Below, piece by piece: positions 1-10,121 of a DNA stretch of 64,000 nt; position 1 is the stretch's first letter; each line of letters opens with the position of its first letter. The notes beneath the pieces were generated by a model. The model saw nothing but the letters and a program-made list of their open reading frames with translations, was not told the origin of the DNA and ran no database searches. The translations under genes were made by a program, and so were the position numbers. The stretch is from an uncultured Methanoregulaceae archaeon. GTDB taxonomy: Archaea > Halobacteriota > Methanomicrobia > Methanomicrobiales > Methanospirillaceae. Where the stretch lies: assembly GCA_963841015.1 (NCBI GenBank), contig CAWJAX010000003.1:160001-224000 (forward strand), read 5' to 3'.

Positions 1-19
1 TTTTTCTTTTATCTGAACT

Positions 20-110
20 GCTTCCCTGAAATACGATAACTCACAAACATACAATATGTCCCCATCATTCTCATCGCAGGAAGGAAAAGGCGCAGGGACG
101 GTATGTCGTT
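20..110 (+). repeat. degenerate copy of ~110-bp dispersed intergenic repeat
   Basis: Shares CGATAACTC (34-42), TCATCGC (71-77) and GCGCAGGGaCGGtATG (90-105) in the same order as the copy at 21889-22001. Confidence 0.65.
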
Positions 111-184
111 TCTTCCATCGTACCCGTGCTTTTTACTTTTTGTAAAAAGTAAAAGGAATTTCAGAGAGCCTATAAATCAATTGC

Positions 185-1561
185 TCATGAATTTTTCCGG
201 CACAATTCGACAAAATGCCGGAACATCCCCTCACTTGCTACCGGGTGGAGGTGAGTGTAACTTCCCAGCGAATTGTTGATGACCGCACCGTCAAGATTTT
301 CATGAATTCCCACACCACGTGAGAGCTGATATGCAAAGTGTGTGCCTGGAGAGAGCAAGACATCAGAGTAATGAAATTCATGGCCCCGGAATGCTGCAGC
401 ACCCATCGGAGAATTGCTCATACTTCTGCCTTGGACATAACTGACAACCCTTCTTGCCGGCATCCGGGTCTCACCGGAAAAAACCCCGCACATTTCATAT
501 AGGGTATCCTTGTGTGCTCCCTGCCATCCTTTTTGTAAGAGTATACGGTCAGTGAGATACATCAGACCCCCACACTCCGCATAGAACGGATAACCATTTC
601 GGGATACTTCACGTATCGCTTCGCGCATCGGATTGTTTGCCTCCAGTTCTTTGACAAAGATTTCCGGGTAGCCTCCTCCGATTATATAACCATCCGCATC
701 AGGGAGCCGGTCATGTACCGGACTGAACGGAATATATTCTGCTCCAGCGGTTTGGAGAATATCAAAAAGATCGGCATAGTAAAAATTAAATACCTCATCA
801 AGGGCGACGCCAATTTTAACATCCGGGTCCACTCTTGTGTCAAAGAGTGTTTTTTCTCCAGGTTGCTGAACAAATTCCTTCATAAGTTTCTGGAACAACT
901 CAAGATCCACATACTTCCCAATCATATCCGTGATAGTGGCGATACGGGTATCAAAATCGCCGCGTCCGGAACCTTCACGGTAGGGTACGAGACCGAGATG
1001 TCGCATGGCAAGCTGCATCTCTTCCATACGAGGTATAGCCCCGATAACCGGAATACCACAATAATGTTCGATTGCCTTTTGTGCCTTTTCCCTGTGCGAA
1101 TCACCTTTAACATTGTTCAGGATGACCCCGGAGATATGGACATCCTGATCAAATACCTGGAATCCTTTGACTAGTGCAGCTGCACTTCGGGTGATACTCT
1201 GGGCAGAGACAACCAACACCATAGGGAGATCGAGTAATTTTGCAACAGATGCGGTGCTGCCAATATCGGTAAGTGCCTCAGCTCCTTCGTACAACCCGCG
1301 GACTCCCTCTACAATCGCGATATCTGCGCCGCGGCATCCATGCTGAAAAATTTCGCATATCTGTTTATCGGACAGTGTGAAACTGTCAAGGTTCCGACAG
1401 GGCCGCCCGGATACTGCAGAAAGGTAGGAAGGATCAATGTAATCCATCCCAACCTTGAAGGTCTGGATCTTGTTGTTCCGGGAAAGAAGCGAAGCAAGAG
1501 CAAGGGTGATGCTTGTCTTGCCGCTTCCGGATCGATCACCGGTAATCAGGATTTTTTTCAT
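185..1561 (-). CDS. cfbB: Ni-sirohydrochlorin a,c-diamide synthase (CbiA/CobB family)
   Basis: SGSGKT P-loop, KVGMDYIDP, EGVRGLYEG, glutaminase AECGGLMY and GHEFHYS; clustered with cfbD/E/A. Confidence 0.9.
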   Translation of the reverse strand: MKKILITGDRSGSGKTSITLALASLLSRNNKIQTFKVGMDYIDPSYLSAVSGRPCRNLDSFTLSDKQICEIFQHGCRGADIAIVEGVRGLYEGAEALTDIGSTASVAKLLDLPMVLVVSAQSITRSAAALVKGFQVFDQDVHISGVILNNVKGDSHREKAQKAIEHYCGIPVIGAIPRMEEMQLAMRHLGLVPYREGSGRGDFDTRIATITDMIGKYVDLELFQKLMKEFVQQPGEKTLFDTRVDPDVKIGVALDEVFNFYYADLFDILQTAGAEYIPFSPVHDRLPDADGYIIGGGYPEIFVKELEANNPMREAIREVSRNGYPFYAECGGLMYLTDRILLQKGWQGAHKDTLYEMCGVFSGETRMPARRVVSYVQGRSMSNSPMGAAAFRGHEFHYSDVLLSPGTHFAYQLSRGVGIHENLDGAVINNSLGSYTHLHPVASEGMFRHFVELCRKNS

Positions 1562-2622
1562 GAAAGACTCCGCAGAATGGCACCGAACTCACTCTCGACA
1601 ATTGTGCAGACACCCAGTGTCTTTGGATGCAGGTCGATTTCCACAATCACATGCTGGTGCCCTATAGCGTGCAGAGGACCTACCTGACGAGGGCCGTTTG
1701 TCACCGAGAAGCACTCGATACCCTGTGTGTATTCCTGAGGAATTGCATGAGGTACACCGGTAATCAGGGCAAATACCGGCGCAATCTCCAGTAACTTCCT
1801 GCCAAGCAGATCACCGTTCGCTCCATACTCGTCAAGTGCACCGATAATTTCGAGTTTCAAACCGCGGCAGGTCATCTCTTCATATATCCGCTCTGCATCA
1901 AGCCGCGTCTTAGGTAGTCCACGCTGATCGAGATTGGCAATATAAGTAATATCCGCCTCAGGGCATGCATCATGGAGAGCAACCAGCTCATCAGCGAACA
2001 TATAGGCCGTCTCTTTCTTTGCATTCAGGATTGCTGCGCCCCGTTTCCCGCTCCGGGCAAGTTCGAGCAGGCGCTGTGCAGCGATATGTTTCATGTCACC
2101 CCGTGAGGGCACAATATAGGGCTGGCTTGCCGCACCTCTCAGCCGCTCCACTTCGTTTGCCTTCTCCATTAAGAACCGCTGGCGGGTGAGTTCTTCTGGG
2201 GAAATCCAATCGGCTTCACATGCAGCTTCAAGTGTGGCAAGGACCCCGGCAATATTTTCGAGATATCCCGCATGAATATCAATTGCTATTGTAGGGGTGG
2301 TTATTCCGGCTCCATCGATGGCAGACTTGAGATCTTCACCGATAATCATCGCAACACAGGTACCAATCACTGCCATTCTTTTTGGGGAGAAATGATCTTC
2401 AGCATAACGCAGGACGTCTTCAAGGGGTTTCTGGCCGCCAAAGATGAACTCGTTATCAGCAAGGGAAGTTGTAAGCACCCGCATGCCATCTTCTTCCAGA
2501 AGCCGGGCGTGCTTGAACGAACAGCCGGAAGGACCGTGAAGGATAGCAACATCGACTTTGAGATCCCGGGCTGTATAGAGTGCAGCAACAATCGAACTGG
2601 GACGTGGGTGCATGTATTTCAT
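1558..2622 (-). CDS. cfbD: Ni-sirohydrochlorin a,c-diamide reductive cyclase catalytic subunit (NflD)
   Basis: N-terminal HPRPSSIVAALYT, HGPSGC, GTCVAMIIGED nitrogenase-like motifs; 4-bp overlap with cfbB. Confidence 0.93.
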   Translation of the reverse strand: MKYMHPRPSSIVAALYTARDLKVDVAILHGPSGCSFKHARLLEEDGMRVLTTSLADNEFIFGGQKPLEDVLRYAEDHFSPKRMAVIGTCVAMIIGEDLKSAIDGAGITTPTIAIDIHAGYLENIAGVLATLEAACEADWISPEELTRQRFLMEKANEVERLRGAASQPYIVPSRGDMKHIAAQRLLELARSGKRGAAILNAKKETAYMFADELVALHDACPEADITYIANLDQRGLPKTRLDAERIYEEMTCRGLKLEIIGALDEYGANGDLLGRKLLEIAPVFALITGVPHAIPQEYTQGIECFSVTNGPRQVGPLHAIGHQHVIVEIDLHPKTLGVCTIVESEFGAILRSLS

Positions 2623-2632
2623 GATAGTTCAG

Positions 2633-3855
2633 TTATCTCCAGGTTTTCACAGCAAGGACAATGGATCCATGGTCTGTCATACGCAGAGCAGAGGTATAGG
2701 CTTCTGCCAGCGTGGCCGTATACGCTGATATTTGTGGTGTCAGCCCACCGAACTCAGGAGTGTCCTGTGTCGGGTACTGCTCCCACCCCAACTACACACA
2801 CAGGACGGATTTGGTCGATAAGCTGCCCGAATCTGGTCGAAGGCAAATCCTTCGCAGACTGCCCCGTCACCTTCAGACTGCCCGATGACCAGAGTAATGG
2901 CTTCTTTTCCGGATATGCTCCGGGCGTACCGGGCTGCTTCAACAGTGGTTGCAAGGTTGGTACCGCTGTTGGCATTGTCTACAACAAGCACTCCCTGGTC
3001 ATACGATATTGACATCCTGCCCGGGAGCGCACTGAACGAGGATAACGGATCCGGGTCTATTCCCAACAGCATCGCTGCAGCAGCGGCAAGCATCAGGGGC
3101 GACTGATATCCAGGAAGTTCCAGAAGAGGATTGGAAAACCTGCTGGTTATCCCGGCCAGCGTGAGCGAACATTCAGTGCCCTTACAGGCTGCAACGTCTT
3201 CAATATGGACCACATGTTCATGGTTGTATGCAGGTATATTCTTCCCGAGGAGAAGGTGCTTGCAGTGTTGTGCCGAAGCGACTTTTGTACTGAGGGCAGA
3301 CTTTTTCCCGGCAGCAAAAAAATAATCTTCATCTGAAGTAATAATCCCGAGCGTTCCTGCGCAGGATATTCCCAGGGATTCCTCAATAATCAGCCAGCCA
3401 CGGATACTGCACGCCATCCTCGCGGCAGCGAGTACCGATGCCGGTGTAATGCTCGATTGTGACAGCAACTTCTTTTCCGGGTATTGGTACGTCCCGGTTG
3501 AGGTGTGCAGAATACCTGTCCCTCGCATCAGGAAAGCAAGAGCGTGAGCCGTTGTCGTCTTCCCTTGTGTTCCGGTGATCTCGATCATAGGTTCCGGAGT
3601 ATTCTCACCCAGCAGATCGCGCACTGCTTCATGGTGGGAAATGACCGGAGCAGTGGAAAAGTTCAGGAGAGGATGACCGGGATCGAGATGTACAGGTGCG
3701 ACAATCAGATCATAATTTCCTGTCAGTACTGTTGTTATGTCGGTTTTGCTCTCTCCCCGGTACACATCCACGCAATCAACACGATCGCCCCTTGATGCAT
3801 ACGCCAGACCGATCGCTTTTCCGCCGTGGATAGTGTCCAGTACCAGGATGTGCAT
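2633..3855 (-). CDS. cfbE: coenzyme F430 synthase (Mur-ligase-like); two apparent frameshifts near the 3' end
   Basis: LDTIHGG, APVHLDP, EITGTQGKTTT, DNANSGT, AVCEGF; the C-terminus continues in other frames to ...SIVLAVKTWR* (stop 2633-2635). Confidence 0.88.
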
Positions 3856-3865
3856 AAAAAAGAGG

Positions 3866-4309
3866 TTACAGAAGTGTGAGCGCTTTTGTCGCGTTCTTAA
3901 TCATCAGGTCGGCAAGGAGGGGATCACTGCCGATAGGATCCGCATATACCAGGGGAACTGACCTGCCATTCAGGGTAAATAATCCCTTCTTGGTGCCCTC
4001 AGCAAGTCCTATCTCTCCCGGAATATCTTTTTCTATGTGGACGCCTTTTGCAAGAAAAAGGGGTACAACCACCAGCGCATCAATCGGTTCTCGCCGGAAA
4101 TCATTGAGTGAGTCCTTGATTGTTGGTGTATTCATATTCATAAATCCGCATTTTACGATAAAATCCGTATTTTGTCCTTTAATCAAGGATGCGGTTTTCT
4201 CAACAAGCTCTTTGTTGTAAGGCATCGTGCTTCCGTGCCCGACAAGTAACATTCCCTTCTTACCCATATAACACATAGTATTACCCGGGATCTTAAAAAT
4301 TCTTACCAA
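3866..4309 (-). CDS. cfbA: sirohydrochlorin nickelochelatase (CbiX-S family); true start probably at MGKKG (~4267)
   Basis: LLVGHGS, VPLFLAKGVH..DIP, YADPIG; first gene of the cfb cluster. Confidence 0.9.
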   Translation of the reverse strand: MVRIFKIPGNTMCYMGKKGMLLVGHGSTMPYNKELVEKTASLIKGQNTDFIVKCGFMNMNTPTIKDSLNDFRREPIDALVVVPLFLAKGVHIEKDIPGEIGLAEGTKKGLFTLNGRSVPLVYADPIGSDPLLADLMIKNATKALTLL

Positions 4310-4459
4310 ATGTTTTTTGGAATGATATCCCCCTTTATCATAGTGTGATTTTTAAAAACGGAATCGCACAGTGTTTGAACCAGTTTTCGAGAATTTGCTG
4401 ATAAAAACGTCCGCTCAAAAAAAAGGTTAACTGATTGGGGTTAATGCAAAGTAATTTGG

Positions 4460-5626
4460 TTGATCAGCCTCAACAGATATGAATCTATGATGGATGCCTT
4501 CGAGCGCTTTGGGCTGCTCATTAACAACCGGATTGTCAGGACACCTGTTGCAATTGCATCCATGGCGGGAATGGTTGATTCATCTTACGTCCTTGAACGC
4601 GCTGATCACATCGGTGCTGCATTTATCGGAGGGTACTCTATTGATCAGCCCACCATGGATGCGGCTAAATCTGTCACCGCTGAGGGGAACCGTAAAGAAT
4701 TTTTATACGCCGATCCGGCAGAAGAACTGAGAAAACAGATGGCACTCATGGAAAAGAGCGCGGTTGTACTGGGACTCAACCTCAGGGGCAGTTCTCCTGA
4801 ATCCTTCGGATCTATGGCGCGATCACTTGGTGAAAGTGTTGTCTACGAAATTGATGCCCATTGCCGGCAGCCTGCCATGATAGCTGCGGGATGTGGCGAG
4901 CATTACCTGAAAAAACCCGGAGAATTAATGGCTGTTGTCCGGGCGCTCAAATCTGAAAATGTGGCGGTATCGGTAAAAATCCGTGCCGGTGTTGCGGCCG
5001 ATGACAGGCTCCTTGCCCGGAAATTGTGGCAATCTGGAGCAGACATTCTGCATATTGATCTGATGGACTACGGATCAGCAAAACTCCGGCAGATCCGGAA
5101 CAGCTGCCCCCTTATGCTTATTGCCAATAATTCCATAAACACGTTTGACCGGATGCGGGAGATGCTTTCTCACGGAGCGGACATTGTTTCTCTTGCACGC
5201 AAATCCGACACACGCACCCTGTCCGGACTGGACGCAGCGATTACCCGTTATGCTATGGAAGAAGGATGGTACAACTCTCCAAAGCAGCTGTGCCGGGGCG
5301 GAGACATACGTGCACTCACCTTTTGCTGTATGCCGGTCAAAGAATGCCCGCTACTCCCCACCCTTTCCCGGATCAATATGCCAAAAGAAGACTACATCCA
5401 AATGAAACTGGAATCGGTAAAAGGTACCGCCCTCAAGGAAGGGAACCAGACCTGTTTTGGCAGCCTCGCCTGGTGCTGTAAAACATCCTCTCCCTGCATG
5501 TTCCGTGATATGACACTTAAACAGGTGGGACTATCAAAGAAAGAGTATATGCGCCTGAAACGCGAGCTCTCAGATACAATAATGAGCCGTGTGTTCCATG
5601 ACGTGTCTTCTGATGAGAGCAGCTGA
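4460..5626 (+). CDS. methanogenesis marker protein 9 (DUS-like TIM barrel plus Cys-rich C-terminal domain)
   Basis: ASMAG, EIDAHCRQ, SVKIRA; C-terminal CRGGDIRALTFCC...C...TCFGSLAWCCK...C. Confidence 0.85.
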   Translation: MISLNRYESMMDAFERFGLLINNRIVRTPVAIASMAGMVDSSYVLERADHIGAAFIGGYSIDQPTMDAAKSVTAEGNRKEFLYADPAEELRKQMALMEKSAVVLGLNLRGSSPESFGSMARSLGESVVYEIDAHCRQPAMIAAGCGEHYLKKPGELMAVVRALKSENVAVSVKIRAGVAADDRLLARKLWQSGADILHIDLMDYGSAKLRQIRNSCPLMLIANNSINTFDRMREMLSHGADIVSLARKSDTRTLSGLDAAITRYAMEEGWYNSPKQLCRGGDIRALTFCCMPVKECPLLPTLSRINMPKEDYIQMKLESVKGTALKEGNQTCFGSLAWCCKTSSPCMFRDMTLKQVGLSKKEYMRLKRELSDTIMSRVFHDVSSDESS

Positions 5627-6420
5627 ACGTGCACAGCTGGCCCTGATGCTTGAAGTCTGCGCCTACCCGAAACCAGGGAACGTCGACCGTTGCCATGATT
5701 ATGCCGAAACGCGCCTTGAACATTTCCTGGCTTCAACGCTATTTGCCCGTGCGGCGCTTGAAGAGGCTGAAACAGGTACCGGGCGGATCGGGGAGATCAT
5801 CCGGCATGCAGTCCGGGACACCAATTGTCATAATGGGGGCAATACACATTTTGGAGCATTTATCCTTCTCATCCCGCTTGTCTATGGCGGAGATATCCCC
5901 GGGGCGATCCGGGCAACCGAAAAAACTGATGTTTCAGATGCAGTTGCCTTCTATAAGGCTTTTGCCTTGACATCAGTGAAAATGAACGTTACCGATGAGC
6001 TGGATGTTCATGATCCCCATACCCTTACGATAATCCGGGACCAGGATCTGACACTTCTCGATGTGATGAGGCATTCAGCGGCAAATGACATGGTGGCACG
6101 GGAATGGGTGACCGGATTTCGACTGACAAGGAGGGGAGCGGACCTTCTGAAACAATTCGGCCCGGGCAGGCAGGCAATTGTCAATACGTTCCTCACGCTC
6201 CTCGCTTCTGAACCGGATACTTTCATAATCAAAAAACACGGGACTGCGGTTGCACAGGAGATCCTGCTTATTGCCAGGGAAGTCCTTGACGGTAAACGAT
6301 CCTTAGCGGATTTCGATGCAGATTGTATTGAACGGGATATCAATCCGGGTTCAACAGACTGATATTATCATAGCTTCAATCTTTGTTGCACTTGGAGAGG
6401 GATGGCAATGGGACTTTTAA
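5589..6420 (+). CDS. citG: triphosphoribosyl-dephospho-CoA synthase (CitG family); frameshift near 6358
   Basis: LEVCAYPKPGNVDR, GGNTHFG, INPGST; removing one base restores ADIIIASIFVALGEGWQWDF* ending at 6420. Confidence 0.8.
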
Positions 6421-6959
6421 AAGGAGGTATTAACGAGGTAATCGCAACCACACGGTTCAATGCGGCCCCGATGGGTATCCATTACCGGGAGGGAATTGCC
6501 AGTATGGTGCTTTTTTCGGGCAGTAATACCGCAGAAAACATTGAGCGGGACGGATGGGTTGTTGCCAATTTTGTGCAGGATCCCGTTCTTTATGTCAGGA
6601 CTGCATTTGAAGATCTGTCGAAGACTTCATTTACTGAAGAAGTCGTCTCAACAAAAACAATTACAAGGCTCGCATGCGCTGATGCCTGGGCAGCATTCAC
6701 CGCAACCATTGTGCGCAGAACCAACGAGTCCATGATCATACGTCTCAAACCGGAAAAAGAGATTATTGAAGAGGTTGCTATACATCCGGTGAACCGGGGA
6801 TTCAACAATCTTATCGATGCGACCGTCCATGTCACTCGATTTAAGGAAAATAAGGATCCGGAATTGAAAAGGCTTATCGATTATCATGTGGGCATTGTGC
6901 GTAAGTGCGGGGGGAAACGGGAACTGGAAGCCCTGGAATTGTTAAAAAAGTATATGTAG
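6402..6959 (+). CDS. DUF447 family protein (flavin-binding split barrel-like)
   Basis: EVIATT..NAAPMGI, NRGFN.LIDATVH, VRKCGG. Confidence 0.8.
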   Translation: MAMGLLKGGINEVIATTRFNAAPMGIHYREGIASMVLFSGSNTAENIERDGWVVANFVQDPVLYVRTAFEDLSKTSFTEEVVSTKTITRLACADAWAAFTATIVRRTNESMIIRLKPEKEIIEEVAIHPVNRGFNNLIDATVHVTRFKENKDPELKRLIDYHVGIVRKCGGKRELEALELLKKYM

Positions 6960-7004
6960 GAGTTACCTCGGGTTGACACACATATTGCAGAGTAAAAGAA
7001 GGGT

Positions 7005-7120
7005 TTGATTTTTAGTACCTGTCTCACTGGTTGTTGCTGCTCCCGATTACATTGAAGAAGCAGTACCGGTTCAATGATTTATCGCATTTTAGGTGCTGCT
7101 GGAACGGGCTTGGGCTGCTT
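7005..7120 (-). repeat. weak degenerate copy of dispersed repeat
   Basis: CCgGTTCAATGATTTATCGCATTTT resembles CCTGTTCAAGTGTTATCGCATTTT of the 12550 copy; upstream GTACCTGTCTC resembles GTGCCTGTCCC. Confidence 0.4.
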
Positions 7121-7262
7121 ATGCGGTTTTTTGTTTTGCTTAAACAGTTCTTGGGTAACTCCATGGTTACGGTATTATTGCTCGCGAGAATGGTTGTCCT
7201 ATCACTGTTTTTATTTGTTCCGAACTCCCACAATAATGGTTAGAAAAGAGTGTGAATTACAG

Positions 7263-7487
7263 ATGTGTGTAGCAGTTCCTGCAGAAGTGCTGGAGATAAA
7301 AGAAGGGAATGTGGGTGTTGTAGACTATGGCGATCTCCAACAGGAAGTCAGGCTCGATCTGGTTGATGTGAAAATTGGCGAATTTGTATTGGTCCATGTG
7401 GGTTTTGCTATCCAGAAACTCTCCCGGGAAGAGGGACTTGAGACCCGGGAGCTGTTCAAACAGGTCTACGCTGCGATGGAGGAGTGA
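7263..7487 (+). CDS. hypC: hydrogenase maturation chaperone HypC
   Basis: MCVAVPAEV N-terminus, VLVHVGFAI. Confidence 0.95.
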   Translation: MCVAVPAEVLEIKEGNVGVVDYGDLQQEVRLDLVDVKIGEFVLVHVGFAIQKLSREEGLETRELFKQVYAAMEE

Positions 7488-7828
7488 TGCACGAGTACGC
7501 CATCGCTTATGACCTCTATGCGACTACCCGCAAGACTGCAATTGAAAACAAAGCCAGTCAGATAAAAAAAGTACGCGTTGAGGTAGGAAAGATGGCGATG
7601 GTGAATCCTGATCAGGTAGTTTTTCTCTTTAATACAATCAAGGAAGACGATCCTCTTTTCTCTGACGCGGTTCTCGATTGCAGTGAGATGCTGCCCCAGA
7701 CCCGATGTCCCTGCGGGTATTCCGGGGATGAAATGTTCGTCTGCCCGGGATGTGGAGCGCTCCCTGAACTGGTCAAAGGCAGAGAGATTCTGGTCACCAG
7801 CATCGAAATAGAGGTGGACGATTCATGA
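7487..7828 (+). CDS. hypA: hydrogenase nickel metallochaperone HypA
   Basis: MHE N-terminus, CPCG and CPGC zinc motifs, GREILV. Confidence 0.93.
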   Translation: MHEYAIAYDLYATTRKTAIENKASQIKKVRVEVGKMAMVNPDQVVFLFNTIKEDDPLFSDAVLDCSEMLPQTRCPCGYSGDEMFVCPGCGALPELVKGREILVTSIEIEVDDS

Positions 7829-8821
7829 AGGTCACCCTGATGCATGGTGCCGGCGGAGAAGTCATGGGAGAACTCCTGCAGACGCTTACAAAATTCAAAC
7901 ACAACAACGCCGGAGGGATCGGACTTGAATCTCTTGATGATGGAGCAGTTATCCCTTTCAATGGCGAGAACCTCGTGTTTACCACAGATTCCCATGTGGT
8001 CCGCCCCATTTTTTTTCCTGGCGGTGATATCGGGAGAATTGCGGTCTGCGGGACTATTAATGATCTTGCGATGATGGGAGCGCGGCCTATAGCACTCTCG
8101 TGTGGCATGATAATTGAGGAAGGATTTGAAATTGACGACCTCGTCAGGATTGTTGCTTCAATGGACGATGCTCTTGGTGAAGCGGGTGCAAACCTGGTAA
8201 CGGGAGACACAAAAGTGATGGAGCGAGGAGCACTGGACGGGATCACGATCAATACTGCCGGTATTGGCATTGCAAAGATTATCGTGCGGGACAACGGTCT
8301 TGTGCCTGGCGATTCAATTATTGTTTCCGGAACTCTTGGTGATCACGGTATAGCGATTATGGCACACCGTGAGGGATTCGATCTCGGTGAGCAGATCAAA
8401 TCCGATGTTGCACCCCTCTGGGGAATGATGGAAAAGGTTCTCGATGCCGGTACCATCCATGCAATGAAAGACCCGACCCGGGGGGGATTTGCAAGCACTA
8501 TCAACGAGATGGCAAGAAAGAGCCGGGTAGGTATCCGGATCAAGGAGGAGAAACTACCTATCCGGAAAAGCGTCAGGAGTGCTGCAGGGATGCTCGGAAT
8601 AGATCCGCTTGAGGTGGCAAATGAAGGAAAGGTTGTAATGGGAGTCCCGTCTTCCAGTGTGGATGCGATCCTTGCAGCACTTCGAACGCATAAATATGGC
8701 ATGGATGCAGCTGTTGTCGGGTACTGTTATAAAGGGTGCTCATGTTATTATGGAAACGACCATTGGTGGTGAACGATTCATTGAACCGCCAATAGGTGAC
8801 CCGGTGCCACGGGTCTGTTGA
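7825..8821 (+). CDS. hypE: hydrogenase maturation protein HypE; frameshift near 8720
   Basis: HGAGG, TTDSHVV, FFPGGDIG, DPTRGG, ANEGK; removing one G restores the conserved C-terminal GDPVPRVC* (stop 8819-8821). Confidence 0.93.
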
Positions 8822-8849
8822 TCAGATCTTTTTATTTAACGTTTCTTTA

Positions 8850-8934
8850 CGCCGGGGAAGAGATTTGAACTCTTGAGGTGCAGGGCACCAGTAGCTTTCA
8901 AGGCTACCGCCTTCCCGGACTAGACTACCCCGGC
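8850..8934 (-). tRNA. tRNA-Ser (anticodon TGA)
   Basis: Minus strand GCCGGGG...GTAGC-CT-TGA-AA-GCTAC, long variable arm, GTTCAAATC T-loop, CCCCGGCG acceptor end; CCA not encoded. Confidence 0.95.
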
Positions 8935-9001
8935 AATGCTGCATATGTTGGGTGTCCGATATAAAAAAGGCTTCTTTATCAGCAGTCTGATAAGGAGTTG
9001 T

Positions 9002-10102
9002 TCAGATTACTCTTTCCACTTGTATCTTTTGACTATCAGGAACGCTATCCCCAGCGAAACAACCCCCAGCAATGTCAGGGGGGGGGGATGTTGGGGTATC
9101 CGTTGGTGTTTGTGTAACACTCGCAGCAAAAGGTGCCGGCACGGTCGGGCTTACAACAATGGATACGGCATTTTCGGCATACAAGAACACCTCGCTGTTC
9201 ACTGAACTCTTCATCGGATAAACCTTGACATACACCGTTTTTCCCCTTCCGGGAACCTGGACTTTTTCAGGATATTGTTCGCCCTCGTCATTTACAATGT
9301 TGATCGTGCCCTTGTCATCGACATACTCCATAACCCAGTCAATGGATGAAGAGGTATGAATGTTGACTTTTCCATTGCCGGTCTTTATGGAAAAATAGAC
9401 GGGATTATCTCTCGAGGATTTCGCGTGAGCGGAAACAATGGACAATGTGGTCGGTGTCGGACTTGCTCCCAATGTCTGGTTTTGCTGACTTGTGACCGTT
9501 ATACTACGTTTTCCGACGTATCCCCTGGCATCAGTGAAACTCACCTCATAATCTCCTGGTTCAGTTATGGGTACATCTATTGCAAAGTTGCCCTGATAGT
9601 CGGTATTTATAAAACGTGGTCCGAAAACAACGTTATCAGAAGGCCCGATAACTTCTATCTGTACTCCGGAATTTTCATCCCCTTTAATCATTCCTGCAAT
9701 AGTAATCTTACCGTTAAAATTCTGGGTGGTAGAAGAGCTGAGATCGATATCATCAGAGCGATCAAAAAGGTACACGACTCGCATGTTTACCGACTCACCC
9801 GCGCCGTTGGTCGGCACTTCAACTTTGTACATCCCGGTTTTTAATCCGGTAGTATCAAAGACAGCACGGAACGAGCGATCTGACTGGACGTAGACAATCT
9901 TGCGTTTTATCTCGCTGGTCGTTGTCAGCTGGTAATAGAGCACTACATCAATGGGTGTGCCAATCCCAAACGTGGTCGTCCCATTCACAATGAGGGGTTT
10001 TCCTATCGGTAGTGAATCTGGTGCATCGATATTTACCTGGTAAGCCGAACCAATTCCCGATAGAAAGAGAAGTCCCATCACCAGCAGGACGATCTTTTTC
10101 AT
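9002..10102 (-). CDS. secreted/cell-surface beta-rich protein; C-terminal membrane anchor lies out of frame at a G10 run
   Basis: Signal peptide MKKIVLLVMGLLFLSGIGSA, Thr/Pro linkers; a 9-base run gives TSPPLTLLGVVSLGIAFLIVKRYKWKE*. Confidence 0.75.
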   Translation of the reverse strand: MKKIVLLVMGLLFLSGIGSAYQVNIDAPDSLPIGKPLIVNGTTTFGIGTPIDVVLYYQLTTTSEIKRKIVYVQSDRSFRAVFDTTGLKTGMYKVEVPTNGAGESVNMRVVYLFDRSDDIDLSSSTTQNFNGKITIAGMIKGDENSGVQIEVIGPSDNVVFGPRFINTDYQGNFAIDVPITEPGDYEVSFTDARGYVGKRSITVTSQQNQTLGASPTPTTLSIVSAHAKSSRDNPVYFSIKTGNGKVNIHTSSSIDWVMEYVDDKGTINIVNDEGEQYPEKVQVPGRGKTVYVKVYPMKSSVNSEVFLYAENAVSIVVSPTVPAPFAASVTQTPTDTPTSPPPDIAGGCFAGDSVPDSQKIQVERVI

Positions 10103-10121
10103 CTATATAGGTTCAACTATT

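Noticed and set aside
2272-3012. 246-aa + strand ORF over cfbD/cfbE
   Set aside because: Antisense to conserved genes and not protein-like
8850-8934. tRNA as a selenocysteine/suppressor tRNA or an integration site
   Set aside because: Anticodon TGA reads UCA (Ser); no integrase or duplicated tRNA 3' end seen in the window
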